Origin: Calditrichia bacterium
GTDB taxonomy: Bacteria; Calditrichota; Calditrichia; JAJRVZ01
Length of the DNA stretch: 64,000 nt
Assembly: GCA_963796965.1 (NCBI GenBank)
Contig: CAWCNS010000005.1
Location: 650,730-714,729, forward strand
Direction of reading: 5' to 3'
Below are positions 44,172-52,970 of this stretch, one piece after another; within the stretch, counting starts at the first letter, position 1; each line of letters starts with the position of its first letter. Both the position numbers and the translations under genes were made by a program. Below the pieces are notes generated by a model, which saw only the letters and a list, made by a program, of their open reading frames with translations, did no database searches and was not told where the DNA came from.

Positions 44172-45251
44172 TTATAAGGTAACAACTTGCGCCGTGCGAA
44201 CCGATTCGTCCGCAGCCAGGACTATGCGTAAACTATTTACAGCATCATTCAAATGGTCGGTTAAATCCAGGTCTTCACGGATTGCACGCAGAAAGTATGC
44301 CTGTTCAAGGTTACATAGTTCCTGATGATCAGGTTCATCTTTGGTATTTATAAGTTGATCTTCCCTTAGAAAATGCCCCTTTTTATCAAGATCAGAATAA
44401 TGAATCCGGATACAATTGGTTTTTGTGTGCGAGTCAATATCTGATGAATCACCGTCCAAGCCATCCATTGATTTCACGATGCTGACACACCCTTTTGGGC
44501 CCACCACATCCTTTACAAAAAACGCTTCTTCGCTCATCATCGGACCCCAGCCGGCTTCATACCAGCCCACTGATCCATCATCGAACACGACCTGGAGCTG
44601 ACCATAATTGTAGATCTCCGGCTTAACCTCATCTGTCAGCCTGGCACCAATGGCATACACCCTAACCGGCTGTGCGCCTGTCATTTGGCACATGATATCA
44701 ACATAATGTACGCCACAATCCACGATAGGCGGAAAACTCTCCATGAGACGTTTCTGCCATTCCCAGTCCTCACCGGAACTCTGCTGGTTTAGGTTCATGC
44801 GCATAACAAGCGGTTTACCCATTGTTCGGGCTTTCTCCACGAATATTGTCCATGCCGGATGATGTCTTAAAATATAGCCTACAACTACTTTTTTACCTGT
44901 AGTGAGGGATGCGTTCTTGACAGATTCTGCCTGTTCTACAGTATGGGCAATGGGTTTTTCAGCAAAAACATGTGCACCGGCTTCAATGGATTTTAAGGCG
45001 AATTCTGCGTGGGTGTCGGGAAAAGTATTAACTGATACGGCATCTGGCTTTGTGGCATCCAGAGCCTTATAAAAGTTATCGAACTGCGGTATTCCTCCCA
45101 GTCTGGCGGATAACGCCTCACGTGTTTTTGGCCCCCGGCTGACAAGGCCAACAATTTCAAATCCATCCAGTTTATCATAGGCCATGGCATGAGACGCCCC
45201 CATATTACCACATCCCACCACGAGTACACGGATTGTATCGCTCATAAACAT
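44172..45251 (-). CDS. Gfo/Idh/MocA family NAD(P)-dependent oxidoreductase
   Basis: The 359 aa ORF has an N-terminal Rossmann motif (RVLVVGCGNMGASHA) and a GFO_IDH_MocA C-terminal fold. Confidence 0.8.
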   Translation of the reverse strand: MFMSDTIRVLVVGCGNMGASHAMAYDKLDGFEIVGLVSRGPKTREALSARLGGIPQFDNFYKALDATKPDAVSVNTFPDTHAEFALKSIEAGAHVFAEKPIAHTVEQAESVKNASLTTGKKVVVGYILRHHPAWTIFVEKARTMGKPLVMRMNLNQQSSGEDWEWQKRLMESFPPIVDCGVHYVDIMCQMTGAQPVRVYAIGARLTDEVKPEIYNYGQLQVVFDDGSVGWYEAGWGPMMSEEAFFVKDVVGPKGCVSIVKSMDGLDGDSSDIDSHTKTNCIRIHYSDLDKKGHFLREDQLINTKDEPDHQELCNLEQAYFLRAIREDLDLTDHLNDAVNSLRIVLAADESVRTAQVVTL

Positions 45252-45341
45252 TTCCTTTCTCTGGACAATATATTATGATTTTATTTTATATATCGACTTT
45301 GTCTATTTCCGAATGATCTACTTAATTGTTTATCTTATTTT

Positions 45342-45420
45342 TTACCACTAAGTACACAGAGAAAAAATTCTTATTAAAAACATTGTGGTCTTAGTGCCTT
45401 CTTTGCGTACTTTGTGGTAA
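45342..45420. repeat. Hairpin-forming inverted pair of heptad tandems (ttaccactaagtacacagag ... ctttgcgtactttgtggtaa)
   Basis: The arms are reverse-complementary over about 20 nt and flank a ~40 nt AT-rich loop. Confidence 0.55.
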
Positions 45421-45436
45421 ATATCTTATTTGATCT

Positions 45437-46096
45437 TTAATTAATAACACCCCATTCTAAAACGACAAATCCTTCTCTTTTAAAGATCGGTAACTGCGGG
45501 GGTTCGATCGATCTGGTATCCTTCTGCTCTTCAATCAAATAAAAAACCCGTATGAGATTATCTGGTTCTTTAGAAAATCGTAAAGCGATGATATCTTCCA
45601 GTTCCTCATTAAATGATGGGTAAATGACATAAAACCTGGAGGTATCAAGCAGCGGAATCCAGTAATCTATAAAATCCTCTATCTCTTTTTGTGAGAATAA
45701 TAATGCTTCCAGATTGTTTTTAAAAAACGAACTCAGATCGGTACCTGCCACTTGCCATCCGAATTCTTTCTGAATTACCGGCGGGATCTGTGCCTCATAA
45801 AATAAAAACTGGTAGTGATTGTTTATCAGCCCGGAAGGCATTACGTCAATCTCCCACCCGGTATTGTATTTGGGAGTTGATTCAATGATTTTTCCACCCT
45901 GGGGAAAATCTATGGTAATACCCAAATTTATCTTCTCAGTTGGATATATGTAAATATTTGGTTTCCTTACGACGACATCTCCGTGATTGGTTGTATCATT
46001 ATCATAAAATGCGGTGATAGGATCGGTATTTTTTTCACAATTAATCATAAATAATCCGATTAAAATCACAACAATATAGTAAAATAAATTTCGCAT
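45437..46096 (-). CDS. Hypothetical lipoprotein
   Basis: The 219 aa ORF has an MINCEK lipobox and no recognisable domain. Confidence 0.5.
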   Translation of the reverse strand: MRNLFYYIVVILIGLFMINCEKNTDPITAFYDNDTTNHGDVVVRKPNIYIYPTEKINLGITIDFPQGGKIIESTPKYNTGWEIDVMPSGLINNHYQFLFYEAQIPPVIQKEFGWQVAGTDLSSFFKNNLEALLFSQKEIEDFIDYWIPLLDTSRFYVIYPSFNEELEDIIALRFSKEPDNLIRVFYLIEEQKDTRSIEPPQLPIFKREGFVVLEWGVIN

Positions 46097-46152
46097 ATAT
46101 TTTCCAATCTTAGTATTACTGATAGCTTATGCTAAACGAACAAGTCGTTTGC

Positions 46153-46596
46153 CTATTTCGCTCCGCGATTTAAACATTTTTTCATCAGATAGTGGCTTTT
46201 AGTTACTTTATATATCTCATAGCCAAGTCTTTCATATAATTTGTTTGCTGGATTATCAAGAAAGACTTCTAGATACAAGGTATTAAATCCTCTCCCAATA
46301 CACTCGCGTTCGCAATGAGAAATGACCTCACTTCCCAAACCTTTATTCTGAAAGGAAGAATTAATCTGTATATTCTTTAAATGGGCTTTTCGCGCGAAAT
46401 TTAAAACAAAAAAACCTGCATTCTCGCCCTTATATTCAATAATCCATGTAATTTTCGGACAAATATCTTTTTTGTAAATAGCAGAATTCCATCCCCCCCA
46501 ATACTTATCCACATAATGTCTCATATTTTCACGATGCAGGTCATGCGTATACTGGTAATCGCCTGTTGCATATGGACGAATTCGTGGCTGTGACAT
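46153..46596 (-). CDS. GNAT family N-acetyltransferase
   Basis: The 147 aa ORF has acetyl-CoA-binding motif A (NKGLGSEVI...RLGYE). Confidence 0.7.
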   Translation of the reverse strand: MSQPRIRPYATGDYQYTHDLHRENMRHYVDKYWGGWNSAIYKKDICPKITWIIEYKGENAGFFVLNFARKAHLKNIQINSSFQNKGLGSEVISHCERECIGRGFNTLYLEVFLDNPANKLYERLGYEIYKVTKSHYLMKKCLNRGAK

Positions 46597-46685
46597 TACT
46601 AATTAGTATTTCCTTTATATTGAATTAAACTTTAGTACTCGTGAATGAATATTCTATTTAATCCTTAGTTTGTACTGCCCCATTA

Positions 46686-47987
46686 TTAATAGTCGTTCTG
46701 TTCTCTTAATTTATCAGGTTTTAAATGCCATTCCAGATTATTAGGTGGTGTAACGGTTAGTTCTTCCGGTTTTGGTAATCTTCGCAGTTGGGGTGTAAAA
46801 TCGTAAGAAATTGGTGCGGGACGCGTCGTGCCGCCTCTGTTAACATATTCCCAGACAATTTCACCATCAGGTTTCACTTGAAAAAGTCTTCCCGTGTTGT
46901 CTTCGACTATGAATGTATTGCCATTTGGAAGGCGTTTCTGTGTCCCCATTGTCTTACTAAAAAACTTAATATTTGCATATCCTGTCGTTTCGTATTTCCA
47001 AACAATCTCTTTCGTAACTGGATTTATCTCAATAATAAATGTTTGTCCCGTATGTTTTCTATGCCTTGTAAAAAGTCCATTGTCGAATAAGATAATATTA
47101 CCTGCCCCGGGTAAACCCTTTTCTATCATTTCTGGCTCGTGACAATGGGCCATGCCCCCCTTGTAGGTATGGGTTCCCTCCCAGACAATTTTCTTCGTCT
47201 TTTTGTCAATGATATACATCGTGTCAATATTTCTCGCATTGAGCAAGATATTACCCGGTCTGAATCTTTCATCACCCCCATCAAACCATTTATTTTCCGG
47301 TAGGGGTGCAATTGAATTTACATGTAGCCAATCACCCTTTGGCGTGGCCGGAGAGAATCTGTTCAGATCAAGATGATTATAGGCATGCCACTCCCATACG
47401 ATTTCCCCTTTCAAATTAATTTCATAGAGATCCGCACTAAGTTGCTTTTCCTCACTTCCTCTCTTTCGCGGTTCCCACCAAGGTGCAACTTCGATATCCC
47501 TTACCTTGCTCTGAAATTCCTCCGGCATCGGTTGATGTGCTAAGAGCAGACGGTTATTATTAGGTAGAATACGCAAATCGTTTTTTGAGCCGATACCTTT
47601 GTGACGCCACACCTCATTTCCGTCCCAATCATATTCAATAACCATTTTGGTAGGACCGGCATATATCAGATGGCCATTAGAGAGCAATCTGCTTCGCTTG
47701 TTAAAAGCGGGCTCTACCTTCCAGGTATGGACGACCTTACCATTCATGTCGATGAGTCTTATATCATCCGGGAAGGTGCCGGTATTTTCTGCCCTGGTTT
47801 TGGCGTCGGGATGGTTACCCATTTTTGCATGGTCAGAGATTAGAATATAACTACTGTAAGCTTCCGATGGCTTATAAATAGTAGTACCCGTCGGGAATAT
47901 CGTTTGTCCTATCGTCTCAGAAAGGGAGAAAATAAAGAACAGGAATACTCCTGCGAGGATCAAAACATGAAGATTGTTTTTATTCAT
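46686..47987 (-). CDS. Arylsulfotransferase (ASST)-like beta-propeller protein, secreted
   Basis: The 433 aa ORF has a signal peptide and repeated WEW / VWEY propeller blades resembling the ASST family. Confidence is moderate. Confidence 0.4.
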   Translation of the reverse strand: MNKNNLHVLILAGVFLFFIFSLSETIGQTIFPTGTTIYKPSEAYSSYILISDHAKMGNHPDAKTRAENTGTFPDDIRLIDMNGKVVHTWKVEPAFNKRSRLLSNGHLIYAGPTKMVIEYDWDGNEVWRHKGIGSKNDLRILPNNNRLLLAHQPMPEEFQSKVRDIEVAPWWEPRKRGSEEKQLSADLYEINLKGEIVWEWHAYNHLDLNRFSPATPKGDWLHVNSIAPLPENKWFDGGDERFRPGNILLNARNIDTMYIIDKKTKKIVWEGTHTYKGGMAHCHEPEMIEKGLPGAGNIILFDNGLFTRHRKHTGQTFIIEINPVTKEIVWKYETTGYANIKFFSKTMGTQKRLPNGNTFIVEDNTGRLFQVKPDGEIVWEYVNRGGTTRPAPISYDFTPQLRRLPKPEELTVTPPNNLEWHLKPDKLREQNDY

Positions 47988-48012
47988 AATTAATTTCCTC
48001 GATAAATAATAA

Positions 48013-48774
48013 TCAAAGACAACACTGAGTCGCTTCCATATAGATGACTTCCATTGGTATTCCTTCTACCGGTTCAACGATACAAAGGTCAATGATGAAT
48101 CCTGAATCTCTTACCCAGGAAGTGACCTCATCTTTTGTATATCGAAGCGCAACGACATCTGATTCATCGCCATAATCAATGGGACCACTGCCCTCCCAGG
48201 TTGCGATGACCAACTGTCCTTCCGGACGTAATATTCGGTTCCATTCTTTAATTGCCACCCTTACATTTTCACGATCGAGGTGATGTAAAGCAAAATAATT
48301 TATAACAGCTGCTGAGGATCCGGATGAAAGCATGCTCAAATTGCGCATATCAGCTATCATTATTTTTGAATTGGGTCCTAATTTCTTTTGGGTAATTTCG
48401 ACCATCCGTGGAGATAAATCTATGCCGACAAGGTCTCGTTGCGGATCATAGCGTCGGTGATAAAGATCCAACATATGTCCCGACCCGCATGAGGTATCAA
48501 CAACCGGACCGGGTATATCTGTAATTCGTACCGCTAACCGGGATAAGGTATCTGCATAAACCGGGAGATCAATCTCGTTATCCATCATCTTTTTATACGA
48601 ATCAGCAGTCTTCTCATATAGTTTTCTAACTTCTTCCGGTGATGAAGTATCCATGTTATTCTCCCTGCCTCCCGGCAAGCATAATGTAGGATAAAAATTG
48701 AAAGTCAAATTTGGTAGTAAATGTAGCGGCGCGCTAAAAGGCTGTGTATAAAAGATTTTTAACCACGGAGACAC
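48013..48774 (-). CDS. Class I SAM-dependent methyltransferase
   Basis: The 253 aa ORF has motif I VVDTSCGSGHM and an acidic post-I residue. Confidence 0.7.
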   Translation of the reverse strand: MSPWLKIFYTQPFSAPLHLLPNLTFNFYPTLCLPGGRENNMDTSSPEEVRKLYEKTADSYKKMMDNEIDLPVYADTLSRLAVRITDIPGPVVDTSCGSGHMLDLYHRRYDPQRDLVGIDLSPRMVEITQKKLGPNSKIMIADMRNLSMLSSGSSAAVINYFALHHLDRENVRVAIKEWNRILRPEGQLVIATWEGSGPIDYGDESDVVALRYTKDEVTSWVRDSGFIIDLCIVEPVEGIPMEVIYMEATQCCL

Positions 48775-48902
48775 TCCCGTGATACGGGACAGGCCGGAGA
48801 TTCACAGAGTATTAATAAAAGATATAAATATTTATTAACAATTATACCCATTTCTCAACTCCAAATTAATAAATCCGTGCAATTCTGTGTAATTCTGTGG
48901 TT
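48762..48902. repeat. Heptad-array element with an inverted partner (accacggag...attcacagag ... ctgtgtaattctgtgg)
   Basis: It has CACGGAG, CCGGAG and CACAGAG words, with the reverse-complementary CACAGAA tandem 80 nt away. Confidence 0.45.
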
Positions 48903-48970
48903 GATTTTTTATTCTCACACAACCTCTTAATCGCCTCCTTACACTTACATGATGTGATAAATTATGTGAT

Positions 48971-49483
48971 TTAAAAATAGCTTTGATGTAAATATTTTAT
49001 TTTATTGATATGATGGTCATCATGTTCAACCTGAAAATATAACATATCGCATAGCCGCATGGGTTTCTCTAACCTGGGATGCCAAGCAGATTTATTGAAT
49101 AACGCGGAATCGAGGCTTTCAAGTCTTTGAACATATTCCATCCGTTTTTCGCGAAATAGTTCTAAAAGATTTTGGATCCTCTCCAGATTATAATTTGCCT
49201 GGTTTGTTTTGGCACCGGAGACATCGGCTGGCCTAAGTGAATCAGCGCCGGACTCATAGTCGTCTAACCGGCCAATAAACAAATTCTCGGCTGATAGGAG
49301 ATGCCCCACATTTTCCTGGATGGACCATGCATCATCCTTTTTGATAATAAGCAGGTTGCGGGGAATTGGTCGGACCAGTGATTCCAAAATATCCGGCGTT
49401 GCCATCAACCGTTCAATAAATTCCGGATAAAGTAAAAAATCAAATTCAAAATCAAATGTTCGGTCTACCCATTTATTTTTCAT
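48971..49483 (-). CDS. DinB_2 / YfiT-like metal-dependent four-helix-bundle protein
   Basis: The 170 aa ORF has the conserved His triad pattern (NVGHL...H...H). Confidence 0.55.
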   Translation of the reverse strand: MKNKWVDRTFDFEFDFLLYPEFIERLMATPDILESLVRPIPRNLLIIKKDDAWSIQENVGHLLSAENLFIGRLDDYESGADSLRPADVSGAKTNQANYNLERIQNLLELFREKRMEYVQRLESLDSALFNKSAWHPRLEKPMRLCDMLYFQVEHDDHHINKIKYLHQSYF

Positions 49484-49566
49484 ATATTCTGCCTCTATTT
49501 GTTGAAATAAAAAAACATTACAATCTGTGGACAGTACGATTATATTTCACACCCTGATGAATACAT

Positions 49567-49637
49567 CCCCTGCCGAAGGCATCCCTTCGGGGCTATCCCC
49601 TTCCTCCAAAGGAGTCCCTTCGGGAAAAGGGGGAATA
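49567..49637. repeat. GC-rich multi-hairpin element, copy B (inverted relative to copy A)
   Basis: cccctgccgaaggcatcccttcggggctatcccc is the reverse complement of the 44011-44044 core with about two mismatches. Confidence 0.55.
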
Positions 49638-49810
49638 GATCATGCTACTCTCTATCTCGTATCACGTATCCCGGATCGAATAACAAATGCCTAAATCCCA
49701 ATGTCAATTCAATGACCAATAACCAATCCCATATCCCGGATCAAGCGACAAATCCTCAATCCCCAATTCCAAATTCCGGAATTTCTCCAAAATCCCCACA
49801 GCTGACAATC

Positions 49811-51218
49811 CTATTCCGAAAAATTCATTCTGTTATAAATTTCAATAAAGCGAGGATCATTCCTGATAGGGTCCCAGATCCAAAAGTGTTTTAAAGAAAC
49901 CATCATAAGTGACCGTTCACGATAACCTTTTTCGAGCCAGAAGATTGCCTCATCAGGCATTTCTAATAAGGTATATAACATGGCCGGGTTCAAAGGATCG
50001 AAAAACTCTTCCGGTTTAAGTATTTGTAGTACTTCATCTTTTTTACCCATTTGAATTTTTACCACAAGTAGATCAAAATTAGCCAAATTCTGGTTCTGCC
50101 AAATAGTACTTGCCCTTTCAAATGAACTGAGCGCTTCTTCAAATTTCCCCAAATAACCTAATACGATTCCCTTCCAATGATGACCTTCACTGAAATTCGG
50201 ATCAAGCTCCAAAGCATTATTAAATGAAACAAGCGCTTCTTCGAACCTTCCGGCAAAATAATAACATAATCCAAGTTGCCAGTGACTTTCAGCATGTAAT
50301 GGATCGGTTTCTAAGTATTTGTTTAGAGACATTTATGGCATGATCAAAATCCTTATTTACGAATATATAATAGTATGTAATAAATTCGTTTTGTTCCGGT
50401 AGTCCATATTGAATGGCTTTGTTATATTCGGAAAGGGTTGCCTCCCAATCCCAGTCATAAAAGAGATGAATATATGCCAAAACTTTATGTGCGCGTGGCT
50501 CATAGTTCATTCAGGCTGATCGCTTTTTGAGCAGCTGTTCTTGCTTTGGAGTATGCATCTGCTGTCGACAATATATTGTAACCGGCAAAATGGAGGTACG
50601 TTTCACCGATATAGGCATGGGCTTCTGCATAATTGGGATCCAATTCAACTGCTTTTTCAAAGTACTCCATTGCTTTTACTTTACCCTCATAACCCTCTTA
50701 AAAAAATAGCTCCCCTTAAGAAACAATTCATATGCTTCCATATTTTGCGTCTGACTTTTGTTTTTCGAGACCTCTTGAATATGCAGTTTAAGTTTTTCAA
50801 CGATGCGGTTGGCAATTTCTTCCTGAACAGCAAAGATATCCTTCATTTCTCTGTCGTATGTTTCAGACAAGATATGAAAGCCATCCTCTACATTGATAAG
50901 TTGGGCTGTAATACGTACCTGGTTTCCGGCTTTTCTTACACTCCCCTCCAATACCATTTTCACATCCAATTTTTCACCAATCATACGGATATCTTCATTT
51001 TTTCCCTTGAAAGAAAATGCTGAAGTCCGGCCGGCAACTTTCAATCCATCCACATTAACGAGAGAGTTTAATATTTCTTCCGAAATTCCATCACTGAAAT
51101 ATTCCTGTTCCGGATCCCCGCTCATATTTTCAAAGGCAAGAACAGCAATTGATTTCATCTCATTTCCTGAAGACGGAATTGGGTTGGTGCCATATTTCAG
51201 ATAAATAAATATAAGCAC
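49811..51218 (-). pseudogene. TolB_N-like plus TPR-repeat portion of a cyclase-TolB_N-TPR signalling protein, broken by at least three frameshifts
   Basis: The fragments 50676-51218 (TolB_N-like), 50289-50510 and 49811-50332 (TPR) lie in different frames. A further frame break occurs between ...FFKRVMRVK* and EGKVKAMEYFEKAVELDPNYAEAH. Confidence 0.55.
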
Positions 51219-51302
51219 CGCAATTATGGACGAAATTATTATAGCACCTAAGAGCCCTTTTCTAATTTTTGATTTTGACCTTTCTTATGTTTAGAGAGAA
51301 AG

Positions 51303-51854
51303 TCAGGAGTCTGTGTCAACTTTACCCTTAATATCTTCAGCCCTTGGAACGATGAGCCCCACATTGGAAATAGCATAGACTTCAATAGGTTTTTCAACAT
51401 TCTTTAACTTAAATGTCTTCAGCATCGAAGTCTTGATGGATTCCTGGTTTTTAATTTCGTCATAGACCTTGTCTGAGATAAAGACACTGCCAGGAACTGC
51501 CAGGGATTCTATCCGTGAGGCTACATTTACCCCATCTCCAATGATTTCCTCTTCACTGAATATAATGTCGCCGGTATGAATTCCGATTCTCACCGGTATG
51601 GCAGGGTCTTCCTGAAAGCCAAGCTGCATTTCGATCGCGCATTTTACAGCATCAATGGCACTATCAAAAATGCTTAATGTGCCATCACCATAATATTGCA
51701 GAATCCTTCCTTTATGCTTTTCAGTGACAGAATTAAATATCTGTCGATGTTTGTCCCTGGATTGAATGGCTTTACCCTCATTTTGCTGCATAAGGGCCGT
51801 ATATCCCTGGATATCGGTGAACATGATGGCGGCTAATTGACGGGAGCGATTCAT
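51303..51854 (-). CDS. Class III adenylate/guanylate cyclase catalytic (CHD) domain, cut off from the downstream domains by in-frame stop codons
   Basis: The 183 aa ORF has FTDIQGYTAL...GIHTGDII...GDGVNVASRIE. Three in-frame stops (TGA 51303-51305, TAA 51291-51293, TAA 51285-51287) precede an in-frame TM helix and the TolB_N-TPR region. Confidence 0.65.
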   Translation of the reverse strand: MNRSRQLAAIMFTDIQGYTALMQQNEGKAIQSRDKHRQIFNSVTEKHKGRILQYYGDGTLSIFDSAIDAVKCAIEMQLGFQEDPAIPVRIGIHTGDIIFSEEEIIGDGVNVASRIESLAVPGSVFISDKVYDEIKNQESIKTSMLKTFKLKNVEKPIEVYAISNVGLIVPRAEDIKGKVDTDS

Positions 51855-51925
51855 AATGACAAATTTATAAAATAGTTGGTTAACTTGCAGTTAATAAAGA
51901 TTGCAAATGTTCTGGTTTAGAAGGA

Positions 51926-52753
51926 CTATCTTTTATTCTTTTGTGTATTTAAAAATTTGGCCAGGTCTTCAAGACGGTCGCTATTGATAAAGTCGACACC
52001 GGCATTCTGCTGAACTATCCAGGAAGCAGGTGTATCAGGTGCAGCCCAGAGACGGATCATTTGGCCATTGGCATGTACCTGTTGCACCAGAAACTCAAGT
52101 TTTTTCTGCTCTTCTGCCGGCATCCCCCCACTCCCATTCCATTTGAAGTGCGAGCGCCAGTTGTCACTAATCCATGGCATTAGGTACCGGCTGGGTTTGT
52201 CAGCAAGGTCGGAGATACGTCCATCACAACCAACCCAGCGATACCTTTCTTTGGCCAGGGTTGATTTTGGCCGGTTGCCTGAAATGATTATTGTCAGCGC
52301 ATTTATTTTGGTAGTGCTGTCATCAAACATGGTAAGCAGGGGATGGTAGGGTTTCAGTATATTTTTGAGTGCCGCGTAAGTGGTCTCCCCATCGGTTTTA
52401 AAATCGATTAATAAATAAAATGTTTCCGTTTCTTTCTGAACCCTTCCTCCCTGGGCTTGTATACGTTGGGCTAAGGGTTCGAGATAGAGTGCGGTCAGGG
52501 TTTTTCCCGGCCTTAATTGAGATTGATCATGGCCAATCAGCAGTTCACCGTCTGCCAGAAACACATCAGCCTCGACACTGGCAAAGCCATTGTCCAGGGC
52601 GTCCAGAAGTGGACGTTCGTGCATGTAATCATTATGGGCATGAGCTAATGATGGGGTAGCCGGTTGTTTTACATCTTTTGTGGATTGAGCAGACGTTGTG
52701 CCCGCCAGTAACCATGGGAGTAGAAACCACACCCATCCTCCTGCTTTTTTCAT
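51926..52753 (-). CDS. Glycerophosphodiester phosphodiesterase (GP-PDE)-like protein, secreted
   Basis: The 275 aa ORF has a signal peptide and HAHNDY...EADV...GHD, resembling the GDPD active-site His/Glu pattern. Confidence 0.6.
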   Translation of the reverse strand: MKKAGGWVWFLLPWLLAGTTSAQSTKDVKQPATPSLAHAHNDYMHERPLLDALDNGFASVEADVFLADGELLIGHDQSQLRPGKTLTALYLEPLAQRIQAQGGRVQKETETFYLLIDFKTDGETTYAALKNILKPYHPLLTMFDDSTTKINALTIIISGNRPKSTLAKERYRWVGCDGRISDLADKPSRYLMPWISDNWRSHFKWNGSGGMPAEEQKKLEFLVQQVHANGQMIRLWAAPDTPASWIVQQNAGVDFINSDRLEDLAKFLNTQKNKR

Positions 52754-52824
52754 TCTTCTTTCTCCTTTTCCCCGGTAGTAGTTTCAAATCTAATATAGTT
52801 GGTTAAAATGCAGGTCTTTTTAAA

Positions 52825-52940
52825 CGCTGAGAGCCGCAGAGGCAAAAAATTAAAAAATAAATCATGCAAAATACAAAAAGAGCAATAAGGACGTTAGTAG
52901 ATTAATAAAATTGTTTTTGTTTTTTATTCGCCTCTTTGCC
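52825..52940. repeat. MITE-like element: cgctgagagccgcagaggcaaaaaa ... AT-rich core ... ttttttattcgcctctttgcc
   Basis: The termini are roughly reverse-complementary, and the architecture matches 8401-8552. Confidence 0.45.
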
Positions 52941-52970
52941 CCACCTACGGTGGTCAATGCTAAAAAATGT

